DNA from: Oikopleura dioica
Taxonomy: Eukaryota > Animalia > Chordata
Assembly (NCBI GenBank): GCA_907165135.1
Contig: OU015569.1
Location: 6,138,001 to 6,202,000, forward strand
Direction: 5' to 3'
Length of the DNA: 64,000 nt
The notes beneath the pieces were generated by a model, which was not told the origin of the DNA, searched no databases, and saw nothing but the letters and a program-made list of their open reading frames with translations. Below, in pieces: positions 11,311 to 22,169 of this stretch; position 1 is the stretch's first letter; each line of letters begins with the position of its first letter. Both the position numbers and the translations under genes were made by a program.

Positions 11311-11552
11311 GACGGAATTTTCTCCTTAAAATGCAACTGAAGGCGAACGGTGAATTTCATGGAATCAATATATTATACAGCATTTTTAATTTTGCAAGTG
11401 GAACAATAATTTGAAGTCACATGTATTTTGGCTCACACGTAGACGTTTTCTTGTGGCGGGTTTCTGCGAAGGCTTGTTTGCGCATTGCAAATGATCGGGA
11501 CGGAAATGTTCAAGTGGCCACCTAAAGAAAATATTAGGGATAGACCACTAAG

Positions 11553-13076
11553 TTAAAAATCACTTTGGGAAGGCAAGTGGAGGACTCTGTCAGCTGGGAG
11601 GTAGTGATCTATTAGCTCTTCGATAGATTGGAATTCTCGCTCTTGCGTCCTCACCAGTCCGCGTCCAGATCCGTTATCGAGCTGCTGACAACTGTCGAGC
11701 ATGAGCACATGCTGGAAAATTGGCAGGCCATTGGCATTGTAATTCAGAACGGACAAGGTGATGTTCCTAACTCGATTGACCTCTTGGGAGAATTTTCAGG
11801 AAAGAGAAAACTCGACTGCTTACCGTCGATGAGTTCTGTACTAGCTTCCCGCAAAAGAAATGCGCCATCGTCGCCGTTGATTCTCAGCTCGCGTTCTGCT
11901 TGTTCTCGTGCACTTAATCCCGGCTGGAATTTGAAGAAATAGGGAAGACATCGGGCAGCATTCACGACCTCGAGGATATGACTTGATCTCTGTAATAAAA
12001 TTACATTAAGAAAGGGACAAAACTCGCTGTATAACTACCGAAGAAGGATTCGCTAAATTAGCACTGGGTGTGCATCTTTGAGGGAACTTCCCTTGCTGAG
12101 CTTGAAGAATCGCGTCCGAGTTCACGTAGTTTTGCACGGGTTCTATCGCCGGTATGTTCTTCGTCCTCAATGACTTTCTGTCTGGAGGCTTCGGAGGTTC
12201 CTCGGTGGCATTGCGGTAGGCGCTACCTCTCGAGGGACTTCCGTTTTCACTTTCTAAGGAGCGTCTTGGAATGTGCATCTGGGCAGTTGAGCCAGATGGA
12301 ATAGTGTCATCCCATTTTCTGCCACTCAGAGTCATTGACTGAACAATGAACGGGGCTGGCGGTGGACTTGGTTCGACGAAGAACTGTTCCATCACATGAT
12401 ACATCTGGTTTGCGACGTAGTGATCGCAGCATTCAAGAACGTAACACGCCCGATGAGTACCGTCCTCTTTCTTTGCTACGAATGAGACGAATATGTCCTG
12501 ATCTACAAAAAAATACTTTCAAAAAGCAATTCCATTAAAATCAAACCTAGAGAGGCGAAACTGATTAAGCTCATGTTAAATATGGCCATTTCCGTTGTCA
12601 CCGTCTGCAAGTTACCGCCATTGACCGACTGCCTCTCCTTTTTGGAAAGTTTGATGAAGTTAGGATCGACAGTGACTTCATAGAGCTGCTGACTTCTCTC
12701 TGGCACACTCTTCTTGCCGACGATTCTTTGTATTTCCTCCTCTCTGAGATTACCCCCGGAAGGGGAAAAGTCTCGATTTGAAGCAAGCGCGAGTGTGTAG
12801 ACTGCAAAAGCAACGATTTCTTCTCTCGTTGAGTTGTCAAAGTTGGTGAGGCTTCAAGCTTGACATTATTTCTCATGCCGCTTTTGAAGGAAAAATCTTT
12901 ACCTCTCAAGAATACCGACTGAGCCACAGTATCTCACCCGTTGGAATACTTTCGGATCCATCTTCTCTTCTAATTTTTTCCCGCGCTTCAGCTCGTGTAA
13001 CTTGTCTGTGAGCTCGACTCGAAAAATCCCATCTGAATTTAATAACTCGATAAAGCTCGCTTGAGGACCCGTCCAT
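11553..13076 (-). CDS. SHC: SHC-family adaptor (PTB - CH1 - SH2)
   Basis: PTB segments: VRYCGSVGILESLTNFDNSTREEIV, NMSLISFAS and FVSFVAKKEDGTHRACYVLEC. The CH1 region carries a YVN (Grb2-type) motif. The C-terminal SH2 reads GDDGAFLLREAS...ITLSV...EFQSIEELIDHY. The 5' start is uncertain. Confidence 0.85.
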
Positions 13077-13450
13077 TATTCGGGGGGCCAAATAACCGAA
13101 CGCTCGTAAAAGTGACTTACACAATGAAACACGTCACAAAGTTTAGAAACATTTGCGATAAAAAAGTTGAGTTCTAAGGCACTAGGGAAGTTAACGTCAT
13201 TTAGGGAAGCTGTTATATATTCACTGCTAGTCTAGTCATGCAGCTAACTGTGACGTCCTCATCGTTAACAAGCTAATCGGTAATTAACTTGACTGAAGTT
13301 TTTTACGGTTCTTTTTAAGTTTATCAGTTTTTTATAAAAAGGAGTATACATTTGTAAATGGCAGTATAAATTGAATATGTGAAGCTTGCGAATATGTTGG
13401 ACTTGAATATTTTAAATTGTCGCTGACTCAGTGACACTGAGCTTTGAATA

Positions 13451-14193
13451 CTAGCTCGTGGCTTTCTCCAAATGTTCTTGTAGTTTTCTCTTTCTCTTCA
13501 ATTTCTTTTTTGAGCGTCTCTTTTGAACTTTGCCCTCTTTTTTGGTATTTTCTCGATTGTGAGTTTGATTCTTGTTGCTCTTTATTTTCTTGTCTATCTG
13601 CATTTCTGCGCTGCGAGCTGTCCCGGGATTAAACTCGGAAACAAATAAAAACAAGACCCTTCCGGGCTAATCCTCTCCTTTGGTTTGACTTTGGCCGTCT
13701 TCACTATCCAAAGTCTTCATTTCCTCTTTTACATCTTCAAGCGAGATTGGCTCCCAGCAATCATGCGCAGTGCTTGTTCGAGGTTCTACGGGTTCCCAAG
13801 CTCCGTAAATGGCATCATGATTTGGAAGTTTTCGTTCTCTTCCAAATGTGAAATAGGGATTATTTTCTTCTTGAAACTCCTCTTCGGAATACGCAGATTC
13901 GAGATTAGCTCTCAAGTGGATAGCCTTACTCCTAAATTTACAAATTGTGATAAAAATGAAATTTGTTCAAGAAGCAGCAAAAAGGTCTTTCCCTTTCCTA
14001 TTGCGGCGGCAGTATTGTCAAGCTCGGAAACGGCCAAATTGAACATTTCAGAAATCAAGTGGTCTTGCCATCCCTCCGGCGTTCGCAAATTGTCATAATT
14101 CCTGCTTCCCATATCGGCATCTTTGGCGATCCGAAAACTCTTTTTTTCTTGAGAGGCTGAGTCGTTCGATTCCGAATCCCCTGATGAGTCCAT
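13451..14193 (-). CDS. Uncharacterised acidic/basic low-complexity protein with Lys-rich C-terminus
   Basis: ORFs 13912-14193, 13667-13915 and 13451-13654 can be joined by short introns. A TTCAG acceptor lies about 10 nt upstream of the ATG. Confidence 0.55.
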
Positions 14194-14759
14194 TTCGACT
14201 ATTCTGAATAATGCACCAAATCAGTTTCTATTTTTTGTAGCTTTTCGATGAGATATTCTTTTTTGTAACAAAGGTATGTTCTCTCGAAGCTCGAGGAGAT
14301 CCGGGTTCTCAAGATTCTTCTCTCGTTGTGCGATTGGACGCGAGTCTGTGGATTTCCGCGTTTTCCTCTTTTCGTAGCCGCGGGCTACAACCTCGCCCAA
14401 TCAAATAGTGCCAATCGTCCTTGCTACTTCAGCTCGACTTTCTCGCCATCGCCGAGGATCATCCCTTCGTCAACCGAGAGAAATGAATTCATCAAAAGAA
14501 ACATTATAGCAAAACGTATCGTAATATGGACAGAGGCATTGGTGCCTTCCTCAAGAAAAAGTTCTTTCTCGATTCAACTCTTTTAATCGTTTGAACAATT
14601 TTTATCTGAATAAATTCTTACAGACATATTTACTGCATGGAGTTTTAATTTTATCATTTTTTATTTTTAATAAAATTAACTAAACTAATAGCTTAATGTT
14701 TACAAAAAATAGATTCTACATCTACGTATTAATAAAAAATAATTAAATTAATTATATCG

Positions 14760-17700
14760 ATCGCTAAAGAACTCGAAAAGGGACTAAAAGGAGAAACACC
14801 CCCTGCCGAAGTTGAAGTGCCTAGAAATGCCCCAGCAAAGGTAAGAAACCAACAGAGTTAAATCATTGTTGAATAAAATAAAAAAAGATTGTTGTATTGC
14901 GACACTGGCGGCATTCTTCAAATCGTTTCAAAAACTTCGAACCTCTGACAACATTTGACGGAATAGAGCCAGTGCAGTCCTTCGGGCAGTACGGGGGAAG
15001 ATCTCAATAATTAAAAATAGAAATAAATTGACATAGCAGTGACTGGTCGTTGAAAAAGTTTTTTAGTCTTCCCGGGACAGGAACCTATTTCACTGCGAAG
15101 TATGTGGAATCCACATGGATGAGAATAACCGCCTCTCACATCTGAAAGGGAAGAAACACAATCTGCGAAAAGTATTCACGAGCTTCGACTTCAAAACTCT
15201 TGTCAAACGCGATGACGGCAGTCCTACTGTTGCTCTTCTTCTCGAACACGTCTTCAACGCTGGAGTTCAGGAAAGTTGTCAAATTTGAATTTTTAACTTT
15301 CCGAAGCCGAAGAAAAAAAACGTATTTGACCCTCTGCATTAGAGTGAATTGCCTCTTTACGGGGTGGAGTTTTTCGTCGAGTGCCACGACCCAGAAGTTC
15401 CAAACAAAATGGTGATTTTCCACAAGGCGAGCGGCTCCCAGTTCAGGTATGAGAGAGAGAGAAAGAGATTTATTCTCACAAGCTAACTTAATTCCTCAGC
15501 CTCCCTTTGTTTGAACAGTCAGAAGAGGGAGAGGTTTCCTCAAAGGCAGAACACGCGCTTTCGAAAAAGTACGAAAAATTTCTTGAAGATCTTTGGGCGT
15601 CTCCTCTAATTTCCAACAGCTTGAGGTAAGTTTATTCATCGATCATTTTTTTCACAATCAAAGACTTTTCATGTTTTCTCCAGATATTTTTTGTGGCGTG
15701 ATCTCTAATCAGGTTTGAATGTAAAACCCCTTCAGCTTTTCGAGCAATTAAGATAGAACTTCGCAGATCGTAAACGAGTTTCGATATGTTTTCCGAATGT
15801 CGAAACTTTCGAAAGCCGGCTAGACCCACTCGCCCTAGATTCGCTCACCCTCGTCTCTCTCGCCACAATCAGTTACGTACCATTCCTCGAATTTCGAACG
15901 GTCTAGGCGGAGATGCAAATTTTCCCAGCTAAAACTTTCAGAAATAAATAATACTTACATTTTCATGCCTTATGTTGCAACCCATTCAGAAGGCATAGCC
16001 CCATATTCTCCGCTTGTATTGCCATTCAACGCTGAATTCAGGCAGAAAGACTTCCAAACCTTTAAAAATGCCTCTGGATGGCCATGGATCGAGACCGCTG
16101 AAGATGGCCCTCATGATACGTGGCCTGCGTGGCGTCGACTGCAGATTCAAGATGGAAACAAAAAAGTCAAAGAAGCAGCCTTTAAAATTGCCAAGAAAAC
16201 GGACCTGGCGGAGTTTCGCGGTGCCCTCAATGGCATCCAAATTGTTGGAGCCGAAGAGTTAGAAATTCTAAAACTGGAGACCGAAAAGAAACTTGCCGAC
16301 TTCATGCAAGAAACTATTGACGAACAGAAAAAGCCAGAAGTAGCGAAGCTTTGCCGCACGATACAGGCAAAGTACAGAGAAGAAGCTGACGCACTGGCAA
16401 CGAAGGTTAAACTTAAAGCAATGAAGGGTATTGAACAGATTCCAGGCGTGTCAGCCCAAATTCTCCAGAAACAGAGAGAACGAGAAAAGCGAGAGGCAGA
16501 GATGAGGAGAAAAAATGGAGGCCACAATAATCAGATGGCGAAGAATATAAGGACTCTCGCTCCCGGAATGTCTGGTGCGATAAGACCTCCAGCTCCTCTA
16601 AGCAGATGGCCTACTCAGCCCAACAACTTCGGAAATAACAACTTCCAGCAGCAGCAAAACAACGCTGGCAATTTCAACAATAATGCTGGCAATAATTTTC
16701 AGATGCGCAACGGTCAACAAAATGCTCGTTTCGCGGGACCAAGTAGTCAGATGCAATCGGCGGAACCGATGGCAGAGCTTCCTCCTCCACCAGGACTAAA
16801 TATTGATTTGGAAGAAGCAGCAAAGAATTTGACGAAAATGGGGGAGAAGCTTTCTGGGGGACAAGAAAAGACAGAGAGCAAGGCATTAGAAACGAAAGAA
16901 ATGAAGTTACTTCGTGGCCTTCTGGATGTCGAGAGAGAACTAGAAGAGAAAATCAAAGAACTGAAAGAATTGGCTGACAGAGAAAAAACTTTGAAAGAGA
17001 AAGATCACAAACCGATAGGCACGCGGTCAACAATATTTCAATTTAACTAAGTTATGTACGTTAATTGAATGAAAAATTGTTAATCCGAGAAAAAGGAAAA
17101 CTTTTGACAGTATTAGAATCAGCAAAAACTGCCATTGCCTCTGATTATTACCTCCTTTTCACGAAAGCGCACTTGAAGTATCGACCGAGAACAATAAAAA
17201 TTGAAGCCAACGCGTCCGAGTCATTCGGTTTTCGAGTACAGCAAACACGGGTCGGCGGAAAGCGAATCTTTTACTTCTCTAGTGTGACAGATAGATCCCC
17301 CTCAGCGAAAGCGGGCCTCTGTCAAGGTAGAGAAGCATTTCATTGTTTTAGTTTTCAAATTGACTATTAGGTGACAGACTCGTCGAGTTGAACGACAAAG
17401 TAATTGACGAATACGACTATGACGAACTTATTGAGAAAATTCAAACTGCCAGTAAGCCAAATAAAGAAGGAAAGAAATCTTTGGTGTTTTTATTATCCGA
17501 TCCAGAGACAGACGAATATATCCAGACTGTAAGTAGTATCAAATCAACATCAATGCAGTTGGCTTTTAGGAGCTCGCGCTACCTGTCATACGCTTTCAAG
17601 TCAAACCTCATGTGAACCCGGAGTCTATAGCAAACGAGTGGCTGAAATTCAGAAAGAAACAAAAAGCAGCGAAGAAGGGATTTTTCACAGACAGCAGTTG

Positions 17701-18373
17701 CTTCGAAACAAAGCTAGAAGAGATCAAGCCTCCTGTGTCGGAATCGCCTGCTCTTCCTCTTCAAAACCCGGCACAGGAAATTTCCGACAAAATCTCCCCA
17801 ACACCGACCAGAGATAATGAAGTTGACGACCTATCTGCTTTGAATTACGATAGAGGAGGCGAAAGAAGACCCCTTTCTAGGCTTATTACCGATGGAAGAA
17901 GTGGGGTTCCTCCTCGGCGTGAAGGGTGGCTGGACGAATCGCCCGTTCATGGCCCGTCGCCAGCGCATAGATGGAACGATCCGAGCTATCGCCCTAACAG
18001 TTTTCCAAGCAGTGACCAAAACGCATTTAATAATGGATCTCGACATAATTATGAGCCTGGATGGCATGACCCACAGCGGCATCGGCATAGAAGCTCAGAA
18101 TGGAATCAAGTGGATAACCAAAGTCGTTTTCCCGCCAATGACGGGAGATGGAACGGACCGCCTCATTCAGCAAGACCTCCCCCGTATCAAGTACCTAGCG
18201 GGCGCGATTCTCGTGATTTTGACAGCAGACAATCTCACAATCCAGACTACGACAGACGAAATCACGAATACGATCAAGCTCATCATTCAGAATCGAGACC
18301 GGAAAGTTGGTATCAGAATGATGAAGATCGACGAAGACCGCCAAATTCAAACTCGAGATTCCGACCTTACTAA
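14760..18373 (+). CDS. Multi-exon protein: U1/matrin-type zinc finger, coiled coil, Q/N-rich tract, PDZ domain and R/D/S-rich disordered tail
   Basis: Contains HCEVCGIHMDENNRLSHLKGKKH (about 15088-15165), LPLYGVEFFVECHD, the long exon 15965-17020, a PDZ (ESFGFRVQQ...VTDRSPSAKAGLCQGDRLVELNDKV) and the terminal exon 17570-18373. The 5' end is not resolved. Confidence 0.7.
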
Positions 18374-18484
18374 GACATTGCCTTTATCATCACATGATGT
18401 CTCTTCTTTTTCATTTATTTATAAAATTCGAATTAAAAAGAAAAAATTCAGAATTTTTTTCAACTGAGTATTTTTAGATTCGAA

Positions 18485-19278
18485 ATGATTGAGAGTACTA
18501 GCACGGTCAAACAAAGAAAAGTTGACCTTCCAGCAGAAGCACCGAAAAAAGATGTCGACGAAGAGTCAACAGAGAAAACGAGTCCACCAGGAACCCCCGA
18601 AGAACAACAAGGCCTAGTTTCACGGTTTGGCTCAGGTCTTTGGAACTACTCTTCGGTAAGATACGTTCGAAATTATTTAGTCAAGAAAATACCTCTAGAG
18701 CATCGTTCATGGAGGAGCACATCTTGGGTATTCAGCTATCTCGGGCACGGCAAATATTGCTTATTCGGGAACAGCTGCTGTTGCCGGCGCTGGGTGGAGC
18801 GCCACGAAATGGACTGGCGGTCTCGTCGGAGGTGCTGTTGGAAGCGCTACTGGTGCAGTTGTTGGTGCAGCCACCAAAATCCCAGGAGTAAAGACAGTTG
18901 GTATGCTACATTTAGCTTTATTAGTTCTCACTTACAAATTTCATTCAAGGTGGTGCTGTTGGTGGTGTTGTTGGGACTGTTGGTGGTGCCGCTGTCGGTG
19001 CTGTCGGTACTGTGGCAACAACTATCGGAGGTGCCGCCGTGTCTGCTGGGGGAAAAGTTGTATCCACCGTCAGTGCTCCAGTAGTGTCAGGAATGGTTAC
19101 CTATATTATGTCGGCTATATTATGCGCGAGAAATTATGATTAAGAATTTAATATTATTTAAATCTAATACGGTATTAGTAATACCTTAAAATTTATAAGT
19201 TATAAAGGTAACCGAAAATTAGTGGCAAAGTCAGCTATCGAGTCTGTTGGCCCCACCAAAAAAGCAAAAGACGAATGA
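18485..19278 (+). CDS. TMEM263: TMEM263-like glycine/alanine/valine-rich membrane-associated protein
   Basis: PEEQQGLVSRFGSGLW resembles the TMEM263 PQQQPGMLSRVTGGIF segment. GGAVG-type repeats follow and the protein ends PTKKAKDE*. There are four exons, and the last junction needs a GA donor. Confidence 0.7.
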
Positions 19279-20345
19279 ATTTCAACGAACTAACTTGTCA
19301 ATGAAAAAAAAACTCGCTTCATCATTTTCTTACCTTATTTTTGGTGCTAGAGAAACAAAGGATGAATTACTATCGGAATTTTTTGACTGAAAAAAAATTT
19401 TGAAATAATGATGTGTTCTGAAAGCCCATGTCAAAATAAGTCGATCCCTAAATTCCAGGGATTCAATGACTCAAAAAAAAAATCTTCAGCCAAAAAATTC
19501 TTATCGTTATTCATCAAACTTAAACTCCTTATACTTAAATCCAAAGCTCCTCTGAATCAATTCTTCTCCCTCCGCTGCTTCAACTTTTGTTTTCTTCTTG
19601 CTCATTGTGACCTTTTCTATGGAACTTACACAATTCAACCTTTTTCCGCCAAAAAATCCTATCAAGCTGTAGTACGAAAAATGAACTAATTCCGTAACTC
19701 TTGCCAAACCTTAATTTGGTGCTTTTCAAATCGTTAAAACAAAAACTAAAGAGCGCAGATATCTTAATTATCGTTTATCTTTTCGCAAGACATGAATCAT
19801 GTAACTGATAAATGATCTGTTTCCAGTCGCAAAAGAAGTGATCCCGAACCAGGACTTAATCATTTATTTCCTGTAGTTTATCTAACCTTTGTCTTCAAAA
19901 CTCGCTTTATTGTGTTACTGTATTTTATTTAGTGGGAAAACATATCCTGTGTTTTCATAAACTCTTCAGAACAAAAAAATTCATAGAACATTGTGATGAT
20001 ATTGGCTTTTTTCAGATTGAAATATAAAACGACCAACGAAGTATGCTACATATTTCTTTATCCACTCGTAAATTTCCTTCAAGAAACTTGGAATTCTGTG
20101 AATCGGAGTCTTTGACGGATATTTTGAGAATCTGGTCGAGAACTATCTTGAGGCATGTGATACAGGAAAACAAGTTTATTTACTTTTTGTGGCTATCGTT
20201 TCTAAATAGCAAACAGCTCTAGTACTTTGCAAATAACATGCACCGTGCCGCATGTGTAGTTTTAGCGAATCTTTAACCAGAGACAAATAAATAACAGTTC
20301 TATTTCTGTGCCGGCAACTCCACATAGAGATCAGTTTTAATAAAA

Positions 20346-22169
20346 ATGAAGATTGCAACGGCGGTTTTTGCTGTTGGCGTCTTCGCCGATAGAGAGCGAA
20401 GAGGAGCAGGCTCCCTCGAGGAGTGCAAAAGCTACTGCGATGACGACTATGACTACGGAATCCTCACGGCTGAACAGCAGTCTAGTTGCCTGAGCGAATG
20501 TGACGCCATCCACGGTGTCTCAATTACCAGCGGCGGGGACGCCGATTTCTTGCAGTGCGAAGTCTACGAGATCGATCCCTTCAACTTCTGTTGCCCAGCT
20601 GGCATCGATGTCAACAACTACTGGCCAGTTGAAAAGCCGACTCAGCGAGGTCATCGACCCGTCGAACCTGACCAGCAATGTCCTACCGGATGTAAAATTG
20701 CTAGAGAGATCGATCAGTTCGTTTGCGCTTTTTACCAGCGAGTTAGCGAACTTGAGACTATCCTCGTCGACCTGGCCAATGCGCTCAGCTCCGATCTCGA
20801 TGGAATCATGGAACTGCGACAGCAATTTGTTCGTCGTTACCGCGAAGTCAGCAGTAAAAGCCAGCGTTCCATCGAGAAGATCACTGAAATCGGCGAGACC
20901 TTTATCGATATCGTCAAGCTAGGTCTCGAGAATGAAGATCTTATCGATGAAGTCACCAAGGAGATTTCTGACGGAGAGAAAGAGGCCGCGATCGCCAAAG
21001 CCGCCATGGCCAAGCTCAAGGACTTCTGCAAAATCGGTAAGCAGTGTGTGAAGCAGAGCTACTTCCCTCCAGAACTCTTTGGGGGCATTAAAAAGGACTG
21101 CGCCGACTACTACAAGCAGCCATTCTGGACCTCAGCGAATGCCGATGAAGTGTGGAACAACCTTCCTCAGTCCGGTGTGTACCAAATTCAGCCCAACGAC
21201 AACATTGATCCGTTCTTCGTCTATTGCGATCAGAAAACTGCTGGAGGTGGATGGACTCTCATTCAGCACAATGGTATTTCTCGAAAGGAACTTTGGGAAG
21301 AATACAGTACTGGCCAGAAGCAACTCAAGACAGATTGGAATAGAAACTGGGCAAACTACAAGGCTGGGTTCGGTCACATCGCATCAAATGGCGAAGCTGA
21401 TTTCTGGCTTGGTTTGGAGCGAATGCATGTTCTCACAAATCCTAAGAAAAATGGCGGTCAACAGACGTCCCTTCGAATTGATATTGTCGACTGGGAAGGT
21501 GAAGAGTACTTTGGCGAGTATAGCAAGGCTATTATCCAGGGCGAGAGTAGAGACTACCGACTCATCGTCGATAATTTCAGCGGTGTTGGCTCTTACTCTA
21601 TTGGCGATGCGCTCGAAGGTGTTGCTTTCGGAGGTGACCCAAGGCAAAAGGCACACACTCGACAGAAATTCATGAAGTTCTCCACCCACGACAGAGACAA
21701 CGACAAGCTCTGTGCCTGGTCGAAAAACAATATGAGAACTGTTTTCGGACAACGAATTCCCATTTTCAGCGCAGACGATGAAGCCGCCCAATGTTTGGAA
21801 GTTGCTGAGAAGTTCAGCGATTGGGAAGAAAAACTCACCAAGTGGGGCTCGTGCTCTCAACAAGATGGTGCTGGCTTCTGGTACAATCGATGCTCGGCTG
21901 GTAATCTTAACGGACGAGTTTACGGCGAGTCTGGAACTGGCTTCTACGAGCTTAAGACAATCGAGTTGCAGGATGGCATCAGCATGATGGAAAAAGACCA
22001 CGACGATGGTCTGATCTGGGCTTCGCTTGGACGAGGACGAGACTACTCATTCATGATGGCTGAGATGCGAGTCCGACCCAAGGACTTCGTGGGCTACTCA
22101 GCAACTGCGGGTCTTGATATGCTTCGAAACGGCCGATTGATGGACGAAAACAAGGCCAAAAACCATTAG
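20346..22169 (+). CDS. Secreted fibrinogen-chain-like protein (signal peptide, Cys-rich N-terminus, CPTGC ring, coiled coil, C-terminal FReD), single exon
   Basis: 607-aa ORF with FReD motifs KDCADYY, SGVYQIQP, VYCDQKTAGGGWTLIQ, FWLGLERMH, MKFSTHDRDND and GFWYNRCSAGNLNG. Confidence 0.93.
   Translation: MKIATAVFAVGVFADRERRGAGSLEECKSYCDDDYDYGILTAEQQSSCLSECDAIHGVSITSGGDADFLQCEVYEIDPFNFCCPAGIDVNNYWPVEKPTQRGHRPVEPDQQCPTGCKIAREIDQFVCAFYQRVSELETILVDLANALSSDLDGIMELRQQFVRRYREVSSKSQRSIEKITEIGETFIDIVKLGLENEDLIDEVTKEISDGEKEAAIAKAAMAKLKDFCKIGKQCVKQSYFPPELFGGIKKDCADYYKQPFWTSANADEVWNNLPQSGVYQIQPNDNIDPFFVYCDQKTAGGGWTLIQHNGISRKELWEEYSTGQKQLKTDWNRNWANYKAGFGHIASNGEADFWLGLERMHVLTNPKKNGGQQTSLRIDIVDWEGEEYFGEYSKAIIQGESRDYRLIVDNFSGVGSYSIGDALEGVAFGGDPRQKAHTRQKFMKFSTHDRDNDKLCAWSKNNMRTVFGQRIPIFSADDEAAQCLEVAEKFSDWEEKLTKWGSCSQQDGAGFWYNRCSAGNLNGRVYGESGTGFYELKTIELQDGISMMEKDHDDGLIWASLGRGRDYSFMMAEMRVRPKDFVGYSATAGLDMLRNGRLMDENKAKNH

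Noticed and set aside
13451-14193. Custos (C12orf43) orthologue
   Set aside because: Only compositional similarity and one weak motif were found, not enough to name the gene.
14221-14650. Possible additional small minus-strand gene ending at 14221
   Set aside because: An open 3' segment exists, but I could not build a consistent start and exon chain.
20500-22001. Long overlapping or antisense ORFs (for example 21384-22001 minus, 21079-21675 plus)
   Set aside because: These are shadow frames of the codon-biased fibrinogen-like CDS. The same applies to 17892-18467, 46722-47150 and 60807-61259.
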